64,000 nt of DNA from Podarcis vaucheri (lineage: Eukaryota): NCBI GenBank assembly GCA_965113315.1, contig OZ220366.1. One strand, 5' to 3'. Position numbers and translations under genes: made by a program. The notes below the pieces were generated by a model that was not told the origin of the DNA, made no database searches, and was given only the letters and a program-made list of their open reading frames with translations. Positions 48,816-59,026 of the stretch are shown in pieces; position 1 is the first letter of the stretch; each line of letters starts with the position of its first letter.

Positions 48816-49210
48816 CACTAGTGCACCATTAGCACAGATCATTAACATGTCTATTAGCATGCCCCAGTTGAATTCACAGGTTGGTAAGCAAATGAACACT
48901 TTGAACATTTGTTCAACCATCTTGTATTTGCTAGACTTAAGACCAGTTCATCACAGTAAGAGGACTATTAAAAAGACATAAACAAAACAGGATGAGAAGT
49001 GGTCAAAGACCTGGGGGCTGGGGAGCTCAGACAGGACAAAACCTGGGGACTGAGAGAGGCTAAGAATAAGGAAAGGAAGTTGGGGCAGGTTTTGGCTGAT
49101 GACCACATATTCCCATACATATTCCCATCATTTGGTGAAAGTACACTGGGCAGCCAGTGTCATTGAAAGGTTACAGCCCTCCAGTATGGGCAATGGCTAG
49201 ATGGGACTTA

Positions 49211-49799
49211 CCGTATTTTTCGCTCTATAACACGCACCCGACCATAACACGCATGTAGTTTTTAGAGGAGGAAAACAAGAAAAAAAATATTCTAAACGAA
49301 ACAGTGGATGTATGATTTTTGTGGTTCATGCTGTGGCCACAGACATGTGATCTGACGGTGAGTTTGGGGTAGCCCAATGCAAAAATCCTGAGGATCCATG
49401 TGGATCCATGCTTTGTAACCACGTTTTTGCACCACTGCTGCCCCAGGCAACAGTGGGTGCATGATTTTTTTAGTGCAAGCTGTAGCCATGGACATGCTAT
49501 GTGATCTGCTGGTGAATTTGGGGTGACCCGTGTAAGCGGCTCCTCTCCTCTCCCGCTTTGCTCCTTTAAAGCAAGCAGGCTCTCTGTCCCTCTCTCCTCC
49601 CCACTCAGCGGCTCTTCTCCCGCTTTGCTGTTTCAAAGCGAGCCACGGAGGAGGGAAGGAAGGGGAACCATGGATCCTCTGCTCACGACTGCTGCAGATC
49701 CTCACCACCACCCGTAGGCATTCGCTCCATAACACGCACAGACATTTCCCCTTACTTTCTAGGAGGAAAAAAGTGAGTGTTATGGTGCAAAAAATACGG
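49211..49799. mobile_element. Tc2/pogo-like non-autonomous element (CCGTA termini)
   Basis: TIR CCGTATTTTTCGCTCTATAACACGCAC/GTGAGTGTTATGGTGCAAAAAATACGG, TA TSD, and internal direct subrepeats. Confidence 0.88.
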
Positions 49800-49847
49800 T
49801 ATATCCCATAACATCTGTGAGATCAAAGTTTCCCATCCCTGATTTAT

Positions 49848-50319
49848 TGTCATGGTCTGGCTGGATGCAGAGAAGTGGTGGGAGGCACCAGCTGGGGAAC
49901 CCTCAAGGGAGGAAGACTCAGAGCCAGGGTGGAATGACGTGAGTGGTCAGAGGTAGAAGAGGGAGCAGACTGGGAGGAGGAGGTGTCAGAAGCCGAAGAA
50001 GTAACAGGGCTTAGTGAGCAAGATGAGGCAAGCCGATAAAGAAGCCAAGGGGTTTCCTGCTGCAATGGACCCCCTGCAAGGGGTCTCCCAGAAACAGCAA
50101 AGCTATGAAGAGGACAGAGCAGAGATAGACAAGGCATCAGAATCTCAGATTGCTTGGGAAGGACCCAGGGGAAGAAGAAGCTTAGAGAACTGTGGGAAGA
50201 TGAGGACCTTCAGTTCTTGCAATAGCCACATTAGGGGAAGATCTACTTGGAAGAGTTGCCTTAACTTCACTGACATCCTGTGAGTTACTGCTTACCTGCT
50301 CCAGACAACCACCCTGACA
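49848..50319 (+). mobile_element. Solo-LTR-like dispersed repeat (TGTCA...TGACA)
   Basis: Inverted TG...CA termini. Its 3' half is homologous to ~62110-62384, which ends at the same CCACCCTGACA. Confidence 0.6.
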
Positions 50320-52331
50320 TACTGTATGTAGGCTTAGCAATATCCTCACCATAAATGTTTGCCCCATGCTTTCAAAAGAGAAATGAAGTACTGTAGAAAG
50401 AAAAGTTTAGGTAATTTATTATTATTATTTTTTAAATCACTAACTCAGAAAACAGTCAATGTCATTTCTCAAGGGAGACTTTTTTTTTTTGAAAGAGACA
50501 AATTCTGGCCCTGAAAAAAATCCAGAACCACCTAGGAAAAATTGTACCATCCTGGACTCAGAACCAGCCTTGAAATTGCAGTGCTGATATCCAAGCAGCA
50601 GAGTTGTGGATGTAAACCAGGAAGGATGGGGGAAGTGTTGGAGAGATTGTTGCAGTGGGGGTAAACTGACAGAACCAAGCTGGTAACCAGGCTACCTCTC
50701 CCAGCAACCCTCAGTGACTGCACTGCCAAGAAGCTATTGTTGTGGTTCTGCCCTACTGGGTTAGCCGCTTCTGTCTGGGTCACTTCTGAAAATAAAGGAA
50801 GGTTTTTAATGCAGCAAGTGATTGATGCTTTCTTAAGGCTATAGAAGGTTTCTCTTCATGGGAAAGAATGAATTGTGGAATCCGTTCTGGATGCAACCCG
50901 TTTCTGCCTCTGTCAAATCTTTTCGTAATGTAACATTCCTAATTTCCTTCTACCAAAAGGCCTTGCAATACATGAAGAACTAATATAAACCTGACACCCA
51001 ACAACATTAATAGAACTTATGTTTTACTATGCCTTTTTCCTTTTGTGCATTTTAATTTTATCTCTTCCTGATCTGACTTTTGCCTGAAGATGTAAGCAAA
51101 ATAATATCTCTTTTCTCTCTACTGCAAGGATGTCCTCTAGGATGAGTTAGATTTAGAATCAGGAATAGCAGTGGAGTAGGCGTAATGTAAGTCCTGGGGG
51201 AACTGAGCAATGGGCAGAACTGTGATGTGCTGTTATAGACCACAGATATGCTGGGAGGGATGGCAGCTGATCCTTAGAGATCTAGAAAGTTGCAGTTTAG
51301 GCAGAAAAACAAGAGGCTTTCAGGAACAACAAAACACCTAAATGGATTCAAAGCCCTCACAATTAGATTTGACAACGACGAACAAGCATATCTAATGAGA
51401 GTGGCTTAGGGGATCAACATGTCCTGCAATCAGAAGGAAGCTTTTACATTGCAATGAGTCACTTTTCTTACAGTTGTAATGGCTCTTTGAACTTCAGTCA
51501 TGTTGGCCTTGAGATGCCCCTTTTGGCTGACTGGAGTAATCAACTCACTGGACTAAAATATTGTGTGTGGGGGGGGGCTTTTAATTTATCTATTGTCTTT
51601 ATGTGCCACTCTTCTCCCAAGAAAGCTGAAGGGTGTGACATGCATGTTCCCTTCTTTATCCTAACAATAATTCTATCAGATAGGATAGGCTAATATTCAC
51701 CCAGTGGATTTCATAGTTTAGCAGGGATTTGAACTTGGGTCTCCCTGGTCATAGACTGGTACTCGGTAACAGCTACCTCAATGGTTCTCTATAAACTGCT
51801 TCCACTGGAGAGAGAGAAATGGATCCTTTTTAAACAGCACAATTTTCTTTTAATAAAAAAATAAATCTCCAGAGTAAGCAGCTTGCATTCAAGTGCTGGA
51901 GGTGGTGCTTTAAATCCAAACTGCTTTCTCCGCAGAGGGAGAAATCCTCCATTTTTAGAAGCATGTCCCCCTCTGCAGAGACTAAAAATGGGTTCCCTCT
52001 AACTGCCAATCTCAGCTGATTGGCGATTATTATTATTAATTAATTAATTAAACTTATTAGTTGTATCTCACCCAAAGAGATTCTAACTGAGCTACATAGA
52101 AAAACAAATATACATAACTAAATTATACCATAGAAAATGGGTGGGGAAAATTATAAAACACTTTAATATTCTATGCAACATAATAGGGGGAAGAAACCAC
52201 TAGCCCCATAACAGGGATGGAAAACATTGACCACCATGCTAACAATTTAAATACCACCACCTACTAACCATCAGATAAAAATAAAAACTCAACATCAACA
52301 GCCCTTCCCTAGCCCAAAGGTTATTCATGTT

Positions 52332-52694
52332 AGGTAAAGGTAAAGGTACCCCTGCCCGAACGGGCCAGTCTTGACAGACTCTGGGGTTTGTGCGCCCATC
52401 TCACATCTATTGGCCGGGGGCCAGCGCTGTCCGCAGACACTTCCGGGTCACGTGGCCAGCGTGACAACACTGCTCTGGCGAGCCAGAGCCGCACACGGAA
52501 CACCGTTTACCTTCCCGCTGGTAAGCGGTACCTATTTATCTACTTGCCCCCGGGGGTGCTTTCGAACTGCTAGGTGGGCAGGCGCTGGGACCGAGCAGCG
52601 GGAGCACACCCCGCCGCGGGGATTCGAACCACCGACCTTTCGATCGGCAAGCCCTAGGCGCTGAGGCTTTTACCCACAGCGCCACTCGCGTCCC
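52332..52694 (-). mobile_element. Sauria SINE, different CpG-rich subfamily
   Basis: Same architecture and (ACCTTT)n tail, with diagnostic differences (GGTACCCCTGCCCGAACGGGCCAGTC on +). Many CpGs are retained. Confidence 0.9.
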
Positions 52695-53498
52695 TAACCA
52701 TTAAAACAAAAATCTACCCACTACACCCAACTGTCCAGCATCAAGGTCAACTGCTGCATATCAGTGTGGGGCAGGTCCTCATGGGATGGTCTGGCTTCTC
52801 TCCTCTCCTTTCAGGGGAAACAACAGCAAAAGTGGAGCAAGGACATGGCAAAGAGGTTACAGTAAACCTCTTCAAAGTCACACTCCCAGCACCAATCAGC
52901 TAATTATCACTGAAAGTTCCTCTTCAAAAGGAGATTGCTACAACCACCCATCAGCAACAACATCAGACCCATCAATCACATTAAGACATCAGGTGACTGA
53001 CAGATGTGTGGTCTTGCCTGCTCATCAACAACAGGTTGGGGGGGGGGAGATAAGTATACTGCCAGCCAATTGGATCCAGTTCCACTCCCCTGCTTTACAT
53101 CTAGGCAGGTGCAAAGTGAAGTTGAGCTGAAGATGGGATTGGGACCATATTTGCCCTTATTCCATCTGTGTCCAAAAGAGACTTCAAGAGTCTGGCTGAA
53201 AACCTGAGTAAAAAGACTGCCAGGCCCCATCTCTCTCACTTGTCTTGTTGTCTGTTCTCATCCTGTTTCTGAGTTCTGTTTTCTTGTCAGCGTTTCACTC
53301 TGGCAGATCAATTCCTCCCTGGCTCATCCAAGAGATTTTTTTTTAAAGCACAGACAGAAACTTCATCTTGGCAAGGAAGAGATAATCAAGTTGAATATTA
53401 CCCACTCTGAAGTGCAGTGAGACCATAGCCTGAACCAAAGTCAATTTCTTGTCACATGTTGCCTCATACTGATTTATCGCATTCCTTCCTGAAATGGG

Positions 53499-54419
53499 GT
53501 GACCTCCTGCATAGTGGGCAACCCAGCCAAGTTTCAAAGCATTTCCATGCTACTCAGATTCACTGAGCTCTTCTTGGAAGCAACAGAGCACACCGTCCCC
53601 ACCAAGGAGGAGACAGGGGACTCCCCTGAGAAGGAGGCTTGTTCACCAACACAGGAGCCAGATATATGGAGAAACGTGACTCAAAGAAGTAGGAGGCCCA
53701 GGGTCCACTCTGATTGTCTAGAAATACACAATCGCTTTGAGGTCCTCTCCCCTAGCATGGAAGACGAAGAGCAGACTCCATTTGAGGATCTCTCCCCCAT
53801 TACAGTCGATCAGGTATATGAAGACGAGCAGCAAAGTCAGTCCTCAGGGAATGTGCAGGTGACCTTGGAACGGACAGCTCACGGAAGAACCCCGACCAAA
53901 CCCAAGAGGAGGCGTGTAGTGGTGATAGGGGATTCCCTACTGAGGGGAACAGAAGCAGTGATCTGTGGGCCTGACAAGATGTCTCGGGAAGTGTGCTGTC
54001 TCCCCGGGGCTAAGATCCAAGATGTAACTGAACGACTGCAAGGAATCATAAAACCCACTGACGAATACCCCTTCCTCTTGGTTCATGTGGGAACCAATGA
54101 CACTGCAAGCAATAGCCTCCAGAAGATCAAAAGAGACTACGAGGCTCTCGGCAGGAAATTGAAGCAACTAAATGCACAAATTGTCATCTCGTCTGTCCTC
54201 CCAGTTGAACGACGTGGCCCAGGGAGAGAGGGGAAAATAGTGGAAGTGAACAGCTGGCTTCGCAAATGGTGTAAACAGGAACGGTTTGGATTCTTAGATC
54301 ACGGACTGCAGTTTCTTGAAGATGGACTTCTGGCAAGCGATGGGCTGCACCTCACAACGGTTGGGAGAAATGTTTTTGCCAAAAATCTCAGAAACCTCAT
54401 CAGGAGGGCTTTAAACTGA
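53499..54419 (+). CDS. CR1 ORF1p C-terminal part with SGNH/GDSL esterase domain
   Basis: Motifs VVVIGDSLLRG, CLPGAK, VHVGTND and DGLHL match SGNH blocks I, II, III and V. The first ~22 codons appear to be flanking DNA read in frame. Confidence 0.9.
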   Translation: MTSCIVGNPAKFQSISMLLRFTELFLEATEHTVPTKEETGDSPEKEACSPTQEPDIWRNVTQRSRRPRVHSDCLEIHNRFEVLSPSMEDEEQTPFEDLSPITVDQVYEDEQQSQSSGNVQVTLERTAHGRTPTKPKRRRVVVIGDSLLRGTEAVICGPDKMSREVCCLPGAKIQDVTERLQGIIKPTDEYPFLLVHVGTNDTASNSLQKIKRDYEALGRKLKQLNAQIVISSVLPVERRGPGREGKIVEVNSWLRKWCKQERFGFLDHGLQFLEDGLLASDGLHLTTVGRNVFAKNLRNLIRRALN

Positions 54420-57400
54420 CTAATGTGGGGGAGGGAGACAATGCTCCTGAAGGTAGGAGTCTATCAATTAATGAAGATGATCATCCAAATGTCATAGACC
54501 AAATGGAGCAAACAGCACACGGACCTAGTGGTGGGAGGAAAAAATCCTTAAATAAGAGACACGGGGGAATGATTAATGGACTTCAATGTCTGTACACTAA
54601 TGCGCAAAGCATGGGAAATAAACAAGATGAGCTTGAGCTCTTGGTACAGCAAACTAAATATGACATAATAGGCATCACTGAAACCTGGTGGGATAAGTCC
54701 CACGATTGGAATGTAATAATGGGGGGATACAATCTATTTCAGAGAAACAGACCAGACAAGAAAGGAGGAGGAGTGGCGTTATATGTCAGGGATGTGTATA
54801 CCTGTGAAGAGATCCAAGATTTAGAACCTCAAAGCCAAAGTGAGAGCATTTGGGTCAAAATTAAGGGAGAGAAGAATAACAGAGACCTCATTGTGGGAGT
54901 TTACTATAGATCCCCAAGCCAAACGGAGGACATAGATGATGCCTTCCTGGAACAGATGGCCAAGCATGCAAAAGGAAGGGAGATAGTAGTAATGGGGGAC
55001 TTCAATTACCCGGATATTTGTTGGACGTCAAACTCAGCCAAGAGCATAAGGTCAAACAGATTCCTCACTGGCCTTGCAGACAACTTCATTGTCCAGAAAG
55101 TGGGAGAAGCAACAAGAGGAACAGCCATTTTAGACCTGGTCCTAACCAATGTTGATGACCTGGTTAGTGGGGTAGATGTGGAAGGATCATTAGGCGCGAG
55201 TGATCATGCTCTTCTGAAGTTTACTATACAGCGGACAGTAGCAGCCAAGCATACTAGGACTCAATTTCTTGACTTTAAGAAAGCCGACTTCATAAAACTT
55301 AGGGAAGTGCTGGGTGAGATCCCATGGACAGCAATACTTAAAGGAAAGGGAGTTCATGATGGCTGGGAGTTTGTTAAGAGGGAGATAGTAAAAGCACAAC
55401 GACAGGCAATACCAATGAGACGGAAACATGGAAGGTGCCTAAAGAAGCCAGGGTGGCTATCTAAAGAACTTTTAACTGAATTAAGATTAAAAAAGGATGT
55501 GTACAAAAAATGGAAAAGGGGGAAACCACCAAAGAGGAATTCAAACAAATAGCCAGCACGTGTAGACACAAAGTCAGAAAAGCTAAAGCACAGAATGAAC
55601 TCAGGCTTGCTAGAGTGGTTAAAAGCAACAAAAAAGGCTTTTATGGGTATGTTCGTAGCAAAAGGAAGAACAAAGAAACTGTGGGGTCACTCAGAGGAGA
55701 AGATGGTGAAATGCAAACAGGGGACACAGAAAGGGCTGAACTACTCAATGCCTTCTTTGCCTCAGTCTTCTCCGATAAAGAAAACAATGCCCGACCTGAA
55801 GAATTTGGAGCAAATGATTCAGCAAAGGAAACACAGCCCAGAATAACTAAGGAGATAGTACAAGAATATTTGGCTAGTTTAGATGTATTCAAGTCTCCAG
55901 GGCCAGATGAACTGCATCCAAGAGTATTAAAAGAACTGGCAGATGTGATCTCAGAACCACTGGCAGTCATCTTTGAGAATTCCTGGAGAACAGGCGAAGT
56001 CCCGGCAGACTGGAGGAGGGCAAATGTTGTCCCTATTTTCAAAAAGGGGAAAAGAGAGGACCCAAATAATTACCGCCCAGTCAGTCTGACATCAATACCA
56101 GGGAAGATTCTGGAGCAGATCATTAAGCAAACAGTCTGTGAGCACCTAGAAAGGAATGCTGTGATCACCAATAGTCAGCATGGATTTCTGAAAAATAAGT
56201 CATGTCAGACTAACCTGATCTCGTTTTTTGACAGAATTACAAGCCTGGTAGATGAAGGGAACGCAGTGGATGTAGCCTACCTTGATTTCAGCAAGGCATT
56301 TGACAAGGTGCCCCATGATATTCTTGTAAAGAAGCTGGTAAAATGCGGTCTTGACTATGCTACCACTCAGTGGATTTGTAACTGGCTGACTGACCGAACC
56401 CAAAGGGTACTCATCAATGGTTCCTCTTCATCCTGGAGAAGAGTGACTAGTGGGGTGCCACAGGGTTCTGTCTTGGGCCCGGTCTTATTCAACATCTTTA
56501 TCAACGACTTGGATGATGGACTCAAGGGCATCCTGATCAAATTTGCAGATGACACCAACTGGGAGGGGTGGCTAACACCCCAGAGGACAGGATCACACTT
56601 CAAAACGTCCTTGACAGATTAGAGAACTGGGCAAAAACAAACAAGATGAATTTTAACAGGGAGAAATGTAAAGTATTGCACTTGGGCAAAAAAAATGAGA
56701 GGCACAAATACAAGATGGGTGACACCTGGCTTGAGAGCAGTACATGTGAAAAGGATCTAGGAGTCTTGGTTGACCACAAACTTGACATGAGCCAACAGTG
56801 TGACGCGGCAGCTAAAAAAGCCAATGCAATTCTGGGCTGCATCAATAGGAGTATAGCATCTAGATCAAGGGAAGTAATAGTGCCACTGTATTCTGCTCTG
56901 GTCAGACCACACCTGGAGTACTGTGTCCAGTTCTGGGCACCACAATTCAAGAGGGACACTGACAAACTGGAACGTGTCCAGAGGAGGGCAACCAAAATGG
57001 TCAAAGGCCTGGAAACGATGCCTTATGAGGAACGGCTAAGGGAGCTGGGCATGTTTAGCCTGCAGAAGAGGAGGTTAAGGGGTGATATGATAGCCATGTT
57101 CAAATATATAAAAGGATGTCACATAGAGGAGGGAGAAAGGTTGTTTTCTGCTGCTCCAGAGAAGCGGACACGGAGCAATGGATCCAAACTACAAGAAAGA
57201 AGATTCCACCTAAACATTAGGAAGAACTTCCTGACAGTAAGAGCTGTTCGACAGTGGAATTTGCTGCCAAGGAGTGTGGTGGAGTCTCCTACTTTAGAGG
57301 TCTTTAAGCAGAGGCTTGACAACCATATGTCAGGAGTGCTCTGATGGTGTTTCCTGCTTGGCAGGGGGTTGGACTCGATGGCCCTTGTGGTCTCTTCCAA

Positions 57401-57439
57401 CTCTATGATTCTATGATTCTATGATTCTATGATTCTATG
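53565..57439 (+). mobile_element. Young CR1 LINE, 5'-truncated within ORF1, with ORF2 and complete 3' UTR
   Basis: ORF1 with esterase motifs, then ORF2 with APE endonuclease and RT motifs. The 3' end is the CR1-type (ATTCTATG)n octamer array at ~57405-57439. The 5' boundary is approximate. Confidence 0.97.
54425..57344 (+). pseudogene. CR1 ORF2p (APE endonuclease + reverse transcriptase), split by two frameshifts
   Basis: Track ORFs 54425-55552, 55510-56622 and 56568-57344 overlap end to end. Endonuclease motifs: YTNAQS, GITETWW, GDFNYP, LDLVL, SDH. RT motifs: [45 protein letters not shown]1 C-terminus: [17 protein letters not shown]. Confidence 0.95.
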
Positions 57440-57609
57440 AGGGGAAGAAGAGAAACAGCTGCCCAGTTATAAATCTACAGACCTTGTATATTCTGCTCTG
57501 CATTTTATATGGCTCTGGTGGCATCCTCCTTAGGAGCGGAAGGAGAGCTGTGCTGCATCAGACCACAGGCCAACCCACTGTTTTCCACTGTGACCAACCA
57601 GATTCATAA

Positions 57610-57760
57610 CATCATAATTGTAGAGTTGGAAGGTACCCCAAAAGGGTCATCTACTCCAACCACCTGCAATGCAGGAATTTCAACTAAAGCATCCATGACA
57701 GGTGGCCATCCAACCTCTGCTCAGAAACCTTCAAGAAAGGAGAGTCCACCACCTTCAGAG
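57610..57760 (-). mobile_element. Older CR1 3' end fragment
   Basis: Reverse complement reads ...GGTGGACTCTCCTTTCTTGAAGGTTTCTGAGCAGAGGTTGGATGGCCACCTGTC...TTCCTGCATTGCAGGTGGTTGGAGTAGATGACCC...TTCCAACTCTACAATTATGAT. Confidence 0.8.
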
Positions 57761-57951
57761 GAAGTGCACCTTCATTTGGGAAGCTCACAATTAAGACTTA
57801 AGGGTTTTCCTGTTTTTGTTCCCCTGTGACTGGTATTCAGAGGTGCCTCTGATCCTGGAGTGCACAGCTGGGCCATCATGGAAAGCTACAGTGCTCAAAT
57901 TTACGGTAGCTGCTTACATACCTACTAAATATTTTGGAAAGTGCTTTGTCT

Positions 57952-58380
57952 CAGTGTTAGAAGCTGAGATATGAAAGCTGGGAGCTATATGGCACCTTAA
58001 ACCCAGGTCAAGGGCACCACAATAGAATGTCTAGGTGCACTTTTTATAACAAGAATACAAAGCTTAAAATAAGTGAACTGCAGCTAAAATATTATGTTCC
58101 TTTTTCACATGGTCTAGTCCTCATCTGAAGACTGCAAAAAAAAAACAAAGCCATACGTCCCCTGCCTGCCCCCCTAATATTCTTATGAGGGTCCGTTCTC
58201 CAGTCCTCAGAGAGTGACTGGAAGTGGGGAGGCAGAAAAAGGTCCTCCTTTCCTTTCAGCAGTGGCAGTTTTAATCTAAAATCTTAGGTGTAGTACTGCT
58301 CCCAGAGCTCAAAAAGTGCTCACATTAATGAAATTCCCTGTCTCAAAACGCACCTAGAACAATGGGAGTTTCGAACACTG
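57952..58380 (+). mobile_element. Non-autonomous hAT-type DNA transposon, copy 2
   Basis: TIR CAGTGTT...AACACTG. 8-bp TSD CTTTGTCT/TTTTGTCT. Homologous to 1024-1414 with ~35 extra internal bases. Confidence 0.88.
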
Positions 58381-58924
58381 TTTTGTCTGTTTGCCAGTTT
58401 GTTTATTCTCTGTGCATTAGGATGCCTTTTGAGATAACCATCAAACAATCACCAAACATTGGGGTTCCTGATGTAGAGGTGGCAGATTTATCACCATTTG
58501 GACATCAGGCACCATTCTGAATCAAGATGGCAGACCAAAAAGTTACATTGGTATGACTTTGCACTTCTTTGGTGTTGGGTCAGTTGCCTCTCAAAGTATC
58601 ATTGTCCAACTTGGCGCAGGGATTCCCAAGGTGGGGGTGGTAGACATCAATGCAATTTGGATGCTGGCTGCCATTTTAAATCAATACGACAAATCAAAAC
58701 ATGACTGTGGCATGATTTTACCCATTATTTGCATAGGTTCTGTCTTGGTATTGTCACCAAACTCAGCACGAGGATTCTCAAGTTGGGGTAGGCAGTCTTC
58801 ATCAATGCTTGTATGCCAAGCACCATGTTGAAACAAGATAATGGACTGAAACATAACTTTGGCGTGATCACTTGATTTTTCGCGTCATGGGTCAAAACAC
58901 AATAGTACACTATCCATTTAAAAA

Positions 58925-58926
<2 letters not shown>

Positions 58927-58958
<32 letters not shown>

Positions 58959-59026
58959 CTAAGATGCCCAGGCACTGCATGCTAGCAACACACACACACA
59001 CACAAACAAACAAACAAACAAACAAA
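58927..59026. repeat. (GT)n followed by (CA)n/(CAAA)n compound microsatellite
   Basis: Direct reading. The GT and CA tracts are mutually complementary. Confidence 0.9.

Noticed and set aside
55641-57400. Antisense ORFs over CR1 ORF2
   Set aside because: They are shadow frames of the coding strand.
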